Shown one piece after another: positions 7,816 to 15,493 of a DNA stretch of 32,000 nucleotides; position 1 is the first letter of the stretch, and each line of letters starts with the position of its first letter. The stretch is from Idiomarina loihiensis L2TR (GTDB lineage Bacteria > Pseudomonadota > Gammaproteobacteria > Enterobacterales > Alteromonadaceae). Location of the stretch: positions 1,980,001 to 2,012,000 of the forward strand of contig NC_006512.1 of NCBI RefSeq assembly GCF_000008465.1. The letters are read 5' to 3'. Made by a program: the position numbers and the translations under genes. The notes beneath the pieces are model-generated. The model made no database searches and was not told the origin of the DNA. It was given only the letters and a program-made list of their open reading frames with translations.

Positions 7816-9183
7816 TTACTCCTTCTCCGAATGCGCAGCTACGATACCCGCTGCTTGCTCGTCCAGAATATGAACAATAGACTTGCCGCGAGAAGCCACA
7901 ATACTGTGAGCCAAAATCAATGGAATAGCTGCAATCAGACCCATAGCTGTTGTTACCAACGCCATAGAGATATCGCCTGCCATGATCTTCGGATCACCGG
8001 TACCAAACAGTGTAATAGACTGGAACGTACCAATCATACCAACAACTGTACCTAACAAACCAAGCAATGGAGCAATAGCCGCAAGGATCTTAATGACGTT
8101 AATGCCACTTTCGACTCTCGGGGTTTCACGTAAAATTGCTTCGTCCAGTTTCAACTCTAAGTTTTCAACGTCTGCATTCTTATTCTCTTGATAAACCTTA
8201 AGAATACGGCCTAATGCGTTGTTGTCTTTAGGTTGCTCTGGGTTCTTCAACTGAGAGCGGATTTTTCCTGCAGCAGTTGTCAAGGTAACCAGTTTGAATA
8301 CAGAAATTAACAGACCAAGAATTAATACTGCAGTAATTACATAACCAACAGTACCACCTTGGTGATAACGTTCAGACAACGTCGCTTTGTTAGTTAACAA
8401 GCTAAGAATCTGACCTTTAGAAGGATCTAAGAAAATACCTTCATAACCACTTTCTGTGTTGTAAAACTCTTGTGCTTGTCCAGTTGCGCCACCTTCAGGT
8501 TGACGACCTAATGGTTGTACCTGTTCAGTCGTGTCGTTGTAGACTAAGTAGTTGTCACCCTGAATCAAGTTGAAAACACCAACACGCAATACTTCACGGT
8601 TTTCACTACCGCCGTCAAGTAAGGTTACATCAGTATTAAATTTAACAACTTTGCCTGACTCTACCATTTCAGTTAACAAGGCTTTCCAGAGCTCTTCCAG
8701 CTCTTCCAGAGTTGGAAGTTCTTTCGCTTCTGACAAGCTTTCCAGAACGTCTTCACGACCTGGATACTGTGCACTGATGATAGAAGTCGCGATACGACCG
8801 ATAGTTTCTGTCGCAGCACCACGAACAACACCGAACATTTCACCTAAGGTACCTTTAGCATTCTCAAGTTCTTGTTCTTTGTTCGCCAGTTCAACTTCGT
8901 TTTCAGAAAACTCTTCCTGCAAACGTTTACCGCGAGCTTTTTCTTCTTCTAATTGCTTCTCTGCACGATTCAGCAATGCTTGCTTATCGGCACGAGCAGC
9001 TGTGAATTCACGCTCACGTTCAGCGTTCAGTTCACGAGAAGAAACACGGTTTTTTTCAACAAGCTGTAACAGCTCATCTAAACTTTTAGCTTCAGATTGA
9101 TCCTGAGCCTGGGCAGCGAGAGTCGTACCTGCAGAAAGGGTGACTGCTGCTGCAATCATTAATGATTTAACTAATTTATTCAT
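7816..9183 (-). CDS. Large MotA/TolQ/ExbB-family protein with periplasmic coiled-coil N-domain (TtpC-like, TonB2 system)
   Basis: 455 aa. It has a signal peptide, a Glu/Lys-rich coiled coil, then an ExbB-like channel (PLLGLLGTVVGMIGTF...SMALVTTAMGLIAAIP). Its start overlaps the upstream stop (ATGA). Confidence 0.85.
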   Translation of the reverse strand: MNKLVKSLMIAAAVTLSAGTTLAAQAQDQSEAKSLDELLQLVEKNRVSSRELNAEREREFTAARADKQALLNRAEKQLEEEKARGKRLQEEFSENEVELANKEQELENAKGTLGEMFGVVRGAATETIGRIATSIISAQYPGREDVLESLSEAKELPTLEELEELWKALLTEMVESGKVVKFNTDVTLLDGGSENREVLRVGVFNLIQGDNYLVYNDTTEQVQPLGRQPEGGATGQAQEFYNTESGYEGIFLDPSKGQILSLLTNKATLSERYHQGGTVGYVITAVLILGLLISVFKLVTLTTAAGKIRSQLKNPEQPKDNNALGRILKVYQENKNADVENLELKLDEAILRETPRVESGINVIKILAAIAPLLGLLGTVVGMIGTFQSITLFGTGDPKIMAGDISMALVTTAMGLIAAIPLILAHSIVASRGKSIVHILDEQAAGIVAAHSEKE

Positions 9184-9968
9184 TCTGCACTCTCCGCTGC
9201 GAATACTGGAAGTTTCACCAGATCGTAAGCAAGTTGCTTACGTGACATACGAATCGCTTGGGTCAGAGGACGGATAAACTCGTCTTCCAAAGCAGTCCAC
9301 TCATCGGTTTCATTGTTGTAGATCCAAGCATTTTTCAAGTCCAGAGACTGAGCTAAGAATGCAACACGACCCATGTGGAAGTAATCAACAGCAATTTGTT
9401 CGCCGTCAATTTCCAGGTTGCCCTGATACGAAATCAAACCTGAACCGTAGTCCATTTCGGTTTGATAAGCTTCGATGATTTGACGAAACTGCTCTGATGT
9501 AGAGACGCTTGAGCTGTCCATGATGTCGCGTAAACGCTCAACACGCGCCATACGCTTTTCACGGTGAATTGGAATGTCCAATTTCACAAACTGTTCAAGA
9601 GAGTCGATCATTTCATACATCAAAGGAACAACGCCCTGTTTGGTGCGCTCGATTCCGTCGATCTGCTTTTGAAGAGACTCAAGCGTTGCGTTTTGGTCAT
9701 TAACCAAACGTTGTACATGGTCATTATAGACTTTCAAGTTCTCGTACTCAGCAACCACTGAACGATACTCGATAAGAAGGTCCTGACTTTGCTCGAACAA
9801 AGAGTCGATTTTATTTTGCGACTGTTCGCCGGCTTTCAAAACCTTCTGCTCTTCGTTTTGTAGCTTAGCTACATCTACTTGCTGTGCAGCGGCAACGCCG
9901 GTGCCAGCAAACGCCATCACACCCATAAGGGTTGCAGCGAGTTTGGTTCTTTTGATTACTTTGGTCAT
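9180..9968 (-). CDS. DUF3450-like periplasmic coiled-coil protein, first gene of the TonB2 cluster (TtpB-like)
   Basis: ORF 9180..10022 trimmed to the ATG at 9968 (MTKVIKRTKLAATLMGVMAFAGTGVAAAQ, a signal peptide). The body is coiled-coil rich. Gene order matches Vibrio ttpB-ttpC-exbB2-exbD2-tonB2-ttpD. Confidence 0.7.
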   Translation of the reverse strand: MTKVIKRTKLAATLMGVMAFAGTGVAAAQQVDVAKLQNEEQKVLKAGEQSQNKIDSLFEQSQDLLIEYRSVVAEYENLKVYNDHVQRLVNDQNATLESLQKQIDGIERTKQGVVPLMYEMIDSLEQFVKLDIPIHREKRMARVERLRDIMDSSSVSTSEQFRQIIEAYQTEMDYGSGLISYQGNLEIDGEQIAVDYFHMGRVAFLAQSLDLKNAWIYNNETDEWTALEDEFIRPLTQAIRMSRKQLAYDLVKLPVFAAESAE

Positions 9969-10435
9969 AGTTCCCAACCAATTTGACTTAACTTCCGCTT
10001 CAACGCCTAAGGCGTGAAACACCAGTTGTTTGAATGACGAAAAGATCTCGTTCTACACTTTATTATTATTGCCAAAGAAAGCAGCAATACTAAAAGATAC
10101 TCCCACGATGGCTATACGCTGTCAACCAAGTAAACTGAGTCAACCGCGCTATAGCTGTCGCTTTGTATCCGGTGCAGAACACGGTTCTGGACTCTCGTAA
10201 TTTCCAGATATTTTCTCGGACGACATCCTGTCGTCAACTCATTTCATACCCCCAGTTTTGGTACATGTATACCTAACTTGGAATATTACTCCTTCCTGAA
10301 TAGTATCACTTTTTGATCGACGAACAACACTGACATTTCAATTTCAACGTTTTTTAAACAATTAATTTATTAGCCTATATTCAATGGTAGACCCAATTTC
10401 GTGACCTAAGTTTCAAAATCCTTTAATATAGAGGG

Positions 10436-10966
10436 ATGAGAGAGATATTAAATGTAACCTCAATACAACATATTGAACAGCTGCTCAACACTTTACAGGG
10501 GCGAGCTGAGCAAATTGATGGGGAAAATAGAAAGAAACATCGCCAGCTTAGCGAAAATTGGTTTAGTTCGTCGCTGTTCAGCCAAAGTTCTAACCTGGCT
10601 GTAGATTACGTTGCAGAGACCCAAAACCTTTTTCGACAGCTTCAGAAAAGCGACAACCATCATGCTCAACGTTACCTTGCGGAAAAACTCAGTCTGCAGC
10701 TAGAAGCATTAAATACAGCTTTCCGGGCTAATAGACCACCTAAACAACAGCAAGATCATCGCATTACTGCGCAAAATCAACTGCAGCAGATGCATCAACA
10801 ATTAGTGACTTATCGTGACTACGAAAGACGACTGACAGAAAACCTGGATACGGCTGCTGCGGGTAATAACCCAACCATGATTCAAAGCGCGCAGCAACGC
10901 CTTAACCGCTGCCAAATGGCCATTGATTCTCTGGAGAAAAAGATTAGCCGTTATGAAGAAGGTTGA
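10436..10966 (+). CDS. priC: Probable primosomal replication protein PriC (N double-prime)
   Basis: 176 aa, helical and Gln/Arg-rich. The blocks YLAEKLSLQLEAL, YRDYERRLTENL and QQRLNRCQMAIDSLEKKISRYE parallel E. coli PriC (WLAEHLAAQLEAI, HQDFERRLREM, EARLARCRHALEKIENRLARL). Size and proximity to apt-dnaX also match. Caveat: the GAGGG Shine-Dalgarno is almost flush with the ATG. Confidence 0.55.
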   Translation: MREILNVTSIQHIEQLLNTLQGRAEQIDGENRKKHRQLSENWFSSSLFSQSSNLAVDYVAETQNLFRQLQKSDNHHAQRYLAEKLSLQLEALNTAFRANRPPKQQQDHRITAQNQLQQMHQQLVTYRDYERRLTENLDTAAAGNNPTMIQSAQQRLNRCQMAIDSLEKKISRYEEG

Positions 10967-11888
10967 CGTTCCTTTTATCTACTCACCTTTATACAGTGAA
11001 TTAGATTTACCGCCCAGACACCGTTACCCAATAGAGAAATACCGCCTACTAAAAGACTGGGCGGTTAAACACGGAGCAACCAATAATCAATGGCATCAAC
11101 CTGAGCCACTTAGCTGGGAACAGGTAGCACGAACACACTGTCCGGGATATCTGTCTCAGTTACGGCAGAACAGCATGGATAAAAGCAGCTGGCGACGCAT
11201 AGGCTTTCCCTGGTCAGAACAGCTATTGTACCGCACCCTAACCTCCGCTGGGGGCACACTGCTGACGACCGAACTGGCACTCACGAAGGGAGTTGCCATA
11301 CACTTTTCCGGCGGCTACCACCATGCTCACAAAGACTGGGGCAGTGGTTTTTGTCTACTCAACGATTTAGCAATAGCCTGCAATGAAATACTAGTTCGCC
11401 ATCCAAAACTAAAAATAGTGGTACTGGATACCGATGTTCATCAAGGCGACGGAACCGCCACGCTCTTCGAAAATGATAATAGGGTGTTTACCTGCTCAAT
11501 ACACGGGGAACGCAATTTTCCATTTTCCAAAGCTAGCTCTAACCTGGATATTCCTTTAGCTAAACATACCTCTGACAAAGAATACTTAGCGGCTCTCGAA
11601 AATACCCTCGAACGCATCAACCGCGAAATTAAACCCGATCTTATTCTTTACGATGCCGGTGTCGACATTTATCAGCGGGACGAGTTGGGTCATCTGAATA
11701 TTAGTCTGGCGGGTATTTTTCAAAGAGACCTCACTGTACTACGCTTTGCTAAAAGACATAAGACTCCTCTGGCTGCTGTAATCGGCGGTGGGTATCAACG
11801 TAATTTACCTCGTTTAGTCAGAGCCCATGCTCAACTACTAAGAGCGAGTTATTATGTCTATACTGAGAATAAGCTCACAGAAGGATAA
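10953..11888 (+). CDS. Histone-deacetylase-family zinc amidohydrolase (311 aa)
   Basis: HDAC motifs FSGGYHHAHKDWGSGFC, LDTDVHQGDGTA, YDAGVDIYQRDELG and IGGGY (catalytic Tyr). ATG at 10953 (MKKVDVPFIYSPLY) overlaps the priC stop by 14 nt. The ORF-track start at 10923 is a TTG. Confidence 0.88.
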   Translation: MKKVDVPFIYSPLYSELDLPPRHRYPIEKYRLLKDWAVKHGATNNQWHQPEPLSWEQVARTHCPGYLSQLRQNSMDKSSWRRIGFPWSEQLLYRTLTSAGGTLLTTELALTKGVAIHFSGGYHHAHKDWGSGFCLLNDLAIACNEILVRHPKLKIVVLDTDVHQGDGTATLFENDNRVFTCSIHGERNFPFSKASSNLDIPLAKHTSDKEYLAALENTLERINREIKPDLILYDAGVDIYQRDELGHLNISLAGIFQRDLTVLRFAKRHKTPLAAVIGGGYQRNLPRLVRAHAQLLRASYYVYTENKLTEG

Positions 11889-11893
11889 AAGGT

Positions 11894-12169
11894 ATGAAGT
11901 TTGACGACGACATTCATAATTATTACGAACGCTTAGTTGCAGACCGGATAGAAGAACTGGAACTGGAAAAGCAACACAGTCAGGAGTTTCTGGCTGATCT
12001 CAGTTGCCTGGTACTTAATCAGTTGCCGCCGCGTTACATTCGACACGAAGTTGATATGGCTTTCTTTTTACCACCGTCAAAGCGGCTGGACATGGAAATG
12101 CAGGTACACAAAGCAATAGCGGAAGCACTGGAATTTTTGAAAGGAAGAAAACGCCCTGACGGCGATTAA
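11894..12169 (+). CDS. ComFB-family (late competence development protein ComFB-like) small protein, 91 aa
   Basis: NYYERLVADRIEE...DLSCLVLNQLPPRYIRHEVD is the typical ComFB core. A good Shine-Dalgarno (AAGGATAAAAGGT) lies 5 nt after the HDAC stop. Confidence 0.65.
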   Translation: MKFDDDIHNYYERLVADRIEELELEKQHSQEFLADLSCLVLNQLPPRYIRHEVDMAFFLPPSKRLDMEMQVHKAIAEALEFLKGRKRPDGD

Positions 12170-12177
12170 TAAAGATT

Positions 12178-12291
12178 GGGTGGCGACTCTACCAGCCACA
12201 CCTCGGCACACACATCCCTGACTACGGCTGCTCCCTTCCGGGCCTGACCGGGTTCACCAGTTAGCGTTGCGAGGGGACCCGCAGAGTCACC
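12178..12291 (-). ncRNA. ffs: Signal recognition particle RNA (4.5S RNA)
   Basis: Reverse complement reads GGTGACTCTGCGGGTCCCCTCGCAACGCTAACTGGTGAACCCGGTCAGGCCCGGAAGGGAGCAGCCGTAGTCAGGGATGTGTGTGCCGAGGTGTGGCTGGTAGAGTCGCCACCC. This is near-colinear with E. coli 4.5S RNA, including the conserved domain IV GGUCAGG..CCGGAAGG.AGCAGCC with the GGAA tetraloop. The 5' and 3' ends pair (GGTGACTCT / AGAGTCGCC). Length is about 114 nt; ends are approximate to within a few nt. Confidence 0.88.
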
Positions 12292-12366
12292 ATAAACGCT
12301 TTGTTCAAAGCGGGCTGCATTATGAACCAGTTGCCCGGCTGAAACAACCCACAGTTTACCTTTTGC

Positions 12367-13116
12367 TTACTTTTTCTGCAGCTTTGCAGCAATTGCCTGA
12401 CGAGCTTCATCTGAGCTTAACGCTTTTGCAAAAAACGTCGCTTCACGACTGATGCGATCAGCTACTGACTCCGTCGGCTGCTTTAATAAATGCTTGGAAA
12501 TTCGTAATGACTTGCTGGATTGCTTACGCAGTTTATCCAGAGTTTCTTCAACCACAACAGGCAGCCGCTCAAGCGAAACCACATGGTTAACAAACCCGGC
12601 TTGCTGAGCCGACTGCGCGTCAAAACTTTCGCCGAGCAACAACAATTCTGCCGCTTTTTGGTAACCACAAATTTGCGGTAACAACAAACTTGAGGCAGCT
12701 TCAGGCAATAACCCTAGCTGCACAAATGGCAACGCAAATACTGCGTCGTCACTGCTGTAAACAATATCGCAATGCAGTAAGAGCGTTGTTCCTATGCCTA
12801 TAGCTAATCCATTTACTGCGGCAACTATAGGTACCTCGGCACGGGCCAGAGTATGCAAAAACTGAAACGCTGGAGCCGATTCATCTAAGTTTTCAGTTGA
12901 TAAAAAGTCATTTAAATCGTTACCGGCAGAAAAACTGTCACCGCTGGACTCAAAAAGTACTGCATGAACCGAGCTGTCGTTGTCTGCCGCTTTCAACGCT
13001 TCATTACATGTTGTGTACATGTCCTGAGTGAAGGCATTCTTCTTTGCTGGTCGGTTCAGACGTATGCGAACAACACCGTTATCTTGCGAAACTTGTACGA
13101 GCTCTTCAGTACTCAA
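12367..13116 (-). CDS. Enoyl-CoA hydratase/isomerase (crotonase) family protein
   Basis: Crotonase fold motifs: RIRLNRPAKKNAF, FSAGNDL, VAAVNGLAIGIGTTLLLHCD. The start is a TTG preceded by GGGAGA at a 6-nt spacing, and there is no in-frame ATG near the N-terminus. Confidence 0.85.
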   Translation of the reverse strand: MSTEELVQVSQDNGVVRIRLNRPAKKNAFTQDMYTTCNEALKAADNDSSVHAVLFESSGDSFSAGNDLNDFLSTENLDESAPAFQFLHTLARAEVPIVAAVNGLAIGIGTTLLLHCDIVYSSDDAVFALPFVQLGLLPEAASSLLLPQICGYQKAAELLLLGESFDAQSAQQAGFVNHVVSLERLPVVVEETLDKLRKQSSKSLRISKHLLKQPTESVADRISREATFFAKALSSDEARQAIAAKLQKK

Positions 13117-13136
13117 AATCTGTCTCCCGTCAATTA

Positions 13137-14225
13137 TTACTGACCGCGATTTTTCCAGGCCTTTTTAGTCGCTTCGTGCATGGGAACAATAAGCTCCAAT
13201 GCGCTTTTATCTCCGGCCGGTAGCTCCATTTGATTAGGACGTTTGGGCGTGACTCTCTGCCCCCATTTAATCAATCCGGCACCGCAAGTGAGTCCACCAC
13301 CAAACACGGCTGACATAATGCTGTCACCAGGCTTGATAATACCGTTGTCAGCAGCTTCAGCAAAGGCAATAGGTAGTGTCGCTGAGGATGTATTTCCGTA
13401 ATTCTGAATATTAATAACGGTTTTCTCGCTCGGCACTTTGCACATTTTACCTAAGAAATCGATTAACCGTTTATTCGCCTGATGCGGAATAAGGGCGTCG
13501 ATATCGTCGGTGGTCATGCCGGTTTCCTGAAAAACCTTGTCGACAGCCGCACTCATGCCTTTCACTGCACGTTTAAATATTTCCTGGCCAACAAAATCAA
13601 ATTGCATAATACCGTCAAAGTTAAACCGGTCAAAGCTAGAGCCAAAATCGAGGCTTAACACGTCGCGGGCATCTGCGTCACAACTGATGTGGCTAGCTAG
13701 CAAACCAACTTCTTCATCTGAGGCTTCAAGTACCATAGCGCCCGCGCCATCGCCAAATAAAACGGCGCTTTCGCGCTTGGTCCAGTCCAGAATGCGGGTT
13801 AAACGTTCTGCCCCTATGAGTAAGACCTTTTTATGTGCGCCGGTTTTTATGCCTTGAGTCGCAACGTGCATTGCATATAAAAAGCTGCTGCAAGCTGCGT
13901 TTAGGTCAAAGGCTGCAGCATGTTTTGAACCGATATTTTGCTGTACTTTAGACGCGACGTTGGGGATAAGTTCATCTGCAGTACAAGTACCGACAATGAT
14001 GAGGTCCAGTTCATTGGGATCTAAATCGGCAGCGGCCAGAGCATTACGCGCAGCAACCGTCGCCAACTCAGACGTACCAACATGGCTTACTCGACGTTCG
14101 GAAATACCCGTTCGTGAAACAATCCACTCGTCGGAGGTTTCCAGGAAAGTGGCAAGATCATCATTGGTCATTACAGCCGGTGGCAGACATTTTCCCCAAC
14201 CGGTAATTTCAGCAAATTTAGTCAC
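13137..14225 (-). CDS. Beta-ketoacyl-ACP synthase III (FabH-like) with C-terminal extension of about 40 aa
   Basis: KAS III catalytic triad contexts NAACSSF (Cys), IPHQANKR (His) and NYGNTSSAT (Asn), plus the GGGLT.GA end motif. A 41-aa basic tail follows. GTG start with an AAAGG Shine-Dalgarno. Confidence 0.85.
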   Translation of the reverse strand: MTKFAEITGWGKCLPPAVMTNDDLATFLETSDEWIVSRTGISERRVSHVGTSELATVAARNALAAADLDPNELDLIIVGTCTADELIPNVASKVQQNIGSKHAAAFDLNAACSSFLYAMHVATQGIKTGAHKKVLLIGAERLTRILDWTKRESAVLFGDGAGAMVLEASDEEVGLLASHISCDADARDVLSLDFGSSFDRFNFDGIMQFDFVGQEIFKRAVKGMSAAVDKVFQETGMTTDDIDALIPHQANKRLIDFLGKMCKVPSEKTVINIQNYGNTSSATLPIAFAEAADNGIIKPGDSIMSAVFGGGLTCGAGLIKWGQRVTPKRPNQMELPAGDKSALELIVPMHEATKKAWKNRGQ

Positions 14226-14284
14226 GGCAAAACCTTTTACTTCTGTCGGCTAGTATCGTCATAATGGTAAGGTATTTTATGACA

Positions 14285-14301
14285 ATACGGTTTCACCGTA
14301 T
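14285..14301. promoter_or_regulatory. Perfect 7-3-7 palindrome ATACGGT-TTC-ACCGTAT in the fabH-like / yajG divergent promoter region (candidate operator)
   Basis: Seen directly in the 129-bp divergent intergenic region 14226..14354. No known regulator motif was recognised. Confidence 0.25.
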
Positions 14302-14354
14302 GATAGCACGAATCGACGTCAGGTGAATGACCGCCATAAAAAAGGATAACTCCT

Positions 14355-14900
14355 ATGTTCCGAACACTATTTGCCGCCAGTTTTTTGCTTATTATCAGTG
14401 CTTGCCAGAGCCAGCCTGATCCATTAATTATTAGCGCTGATACTGTTGTTGATAAACTAAACACCAAGGTAAGCCAATTAAAAGTCACGGATAAACGCTC
14501 TTATTCTTATTTATATCGCCATAAAAAAGAAGAGGACAAAGCAGCATTCGCACCCACTCTAAGGCCCTTAACCTTAGTTGTTGAAGAAGCTTTACAGCCT
14601 GTTACAGGTGCTTATGATGAAAACGGTCTGACATGGTACGTCACCATCGAAAAAGCACTAATTGACGCAACTCTTCATACCGTAAAATACGAACTCGAGC
14701 ACAGTATTACCATTCGTGTTGAGGCCACCCGGGGAAATCGTCGCTATAGCAACTTTTATTCTGGAACCTATAACTCCACAGGTGGTCTGAAACCAGCCCA
14801 GGCAACTTTAGAACGTCAATTCAAACAATTACTGAATTCGGTGCTTACGGAAATCGCTAATGATCCTAAGCTGCGTATGCGTGAACAAGAGGACTTTTAG
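14355..14900 (+). CDS. yajG: YajG-family outer-membrane lipoprotein
   Basis: Lipobox LIISAC at residues 12-17. The C-terminal YSGTYNSTG...LNSVLTEIANDP parallels E. coli YajG (YRATYNVEG...VNSVLTDTIADM). It lies upstream of ampG, as in the enterobacterial yajG-ampG operon. Confidence 0.7.
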   Translation: MFRTLFAASFLLIISACQSQPDPLIISADTVVDKLNTKVSQLKVTDKRSYSYLYRHKKEEDKAAFAPTLRPLTLVVEEALQPVTGAYDENGLTWYVTIEKALIDATLHTVKYELEHSITIRVEATRGNRRYSNFYSGTYNSTGGLKPAQATLERQFKQLLNSVLTEIANDPKLRMREQEDF

Positions 14901-14902
14901 TC

Positions 14903-15493
14903 ATGACTTTCCTTAAATATTTTATTGGCCTCACCGCAGCTATTTTTATCAGCGTCAGTCATGCTGAAATTCAGCCAGATAACCCCTTCCCGCGGGTAAA
15001 AATAATAACTTCTATGGGTAACATCACTGTAGAGCTCAATCGCGATGCAGCTCCTTTAACCGTTAAGAACTTTTTCCGTTATGTGAAAAAAGCACAATAC
15101 AACGGTACGATATTTCATCGTTTAGTTCCCGGCTTTGTTATCCAGGGCGGCGGCTATGACGAAGATTTTCAGGACAAACCCTCATTTGAAAAAATTGCGA
15201 ATGAATCCGGTAACGGCTTGAAGAACGAATATGGCACAATTGCTATGGCTCGCGAACGTGAACCTCACTCAGGTACCCGCCAGTTTTTCTTTAACTTAAA
15301 TGACAATACTTCACTTAATCCAGACAATGGTGACTGGGGCTACGCTGTATTTGGTCGTATCGTTGAAGGCTTAGATGTCCTTGAAGCCATGGCTAAACTT
15401 GAATCACAGGCCTATAGCGATGAAATTGGCTGGGCTGATGTACCTGTCGACCCGCCTATTCTGAAACGTATAGAGGTTGTACCGCAAAACTAA
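14903..15493 (+). CDS. ppiA: Periplasmic cyclophilin-type peptidyl-prolyl cis-trans isomerase
   Basis: Signal peptide, then cyclophilin motifs TVKNFFRYVKKAQYNGTIFHRLVPGFVIQGGG, GTIAMAR, SQFFFN and VFGRIVEGLDVL. Confidence 0.9.
   Translation: MTFLKYFIGLTAAIFISVSHAEIQPDNPFPRVKIITSMGNITVELNRDAAPLTVKNFFRYVKKAQYNGTIFHRLVPGFVIQGGGYDEDFQDKPSFEKIANESGNGLKNEYGTIAMAREREPHSGTRQFFFNLNDNTSLNPDNGDWGYAVFGRIVEGLDVLEAMAKLESQAYSDEIGWADVPVDPPILKRIEVVPQN

Noticed and set aside
8570-9100. 176-aa Ser-rich + strand ORF. Similar long antisense ORFs occur at 6012..6491, 15477..15908, 18179..18703 and 22267..22848.
   Set aside because: All lie entirely inside well-supported genes on the other strand or frame (ttpC-like, TPR/tonB, ampG, ribBX, ettA). 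They have low-complexity, biased composition typical of shadow ORFs.
7288-9183. Two adjacent MotA/ExbB-family genes, considered as a possible Zorya-like (ZorA/ZorB) defence module
   Set aside because: They are flanked by ExbD, TonB, DUF3450 and TPR genes in the exact TonB2-cluster order. There is no MotB/OmpA-like ZorB or any nuclease or helicase effector.
10040-10078. Possible Fur box upstream of the TonB2 operon (TGAATGACGAAAAGATC and TTATTATTATTGCC)
   Set aside because: The best alignments to GATAATGATAATCATTATC match only about half the positions. That is too weak to call without a scoring matrix, so iron regulation remains an open question.
12297-12312. Hairpin CGCTTTG-TT-CAAAGCG between the crotonase gene and ffs, considered as a terminator
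   Set aside because: The loop is very small and the minus-strand tail is only TTTAT. It also lies between the putative ffs promoter and the mature 5' end. It could equally be part of a processed leader, so I left it uncalled.
12267-12452. 61-aa + strand ORF in the comFB / crotonase gap
   Set aside because: It overlaps the SRP RNA gene on the opposite strand and the 3' end of the crotonase gene. It has no Shine-Dalgarno and no recognisable motif. The RNA gene explains the conservation-like structure.
14237-14488. 83-aa minus-strand ORF spanning the yajG start region
   Set aside because: It overlaps the divergent promoter region and the signal-peptide-coding part of yajG. It has no Shine-Dalgarno and no motif. 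The lipoprotein gene on the + strand is the better explanation.
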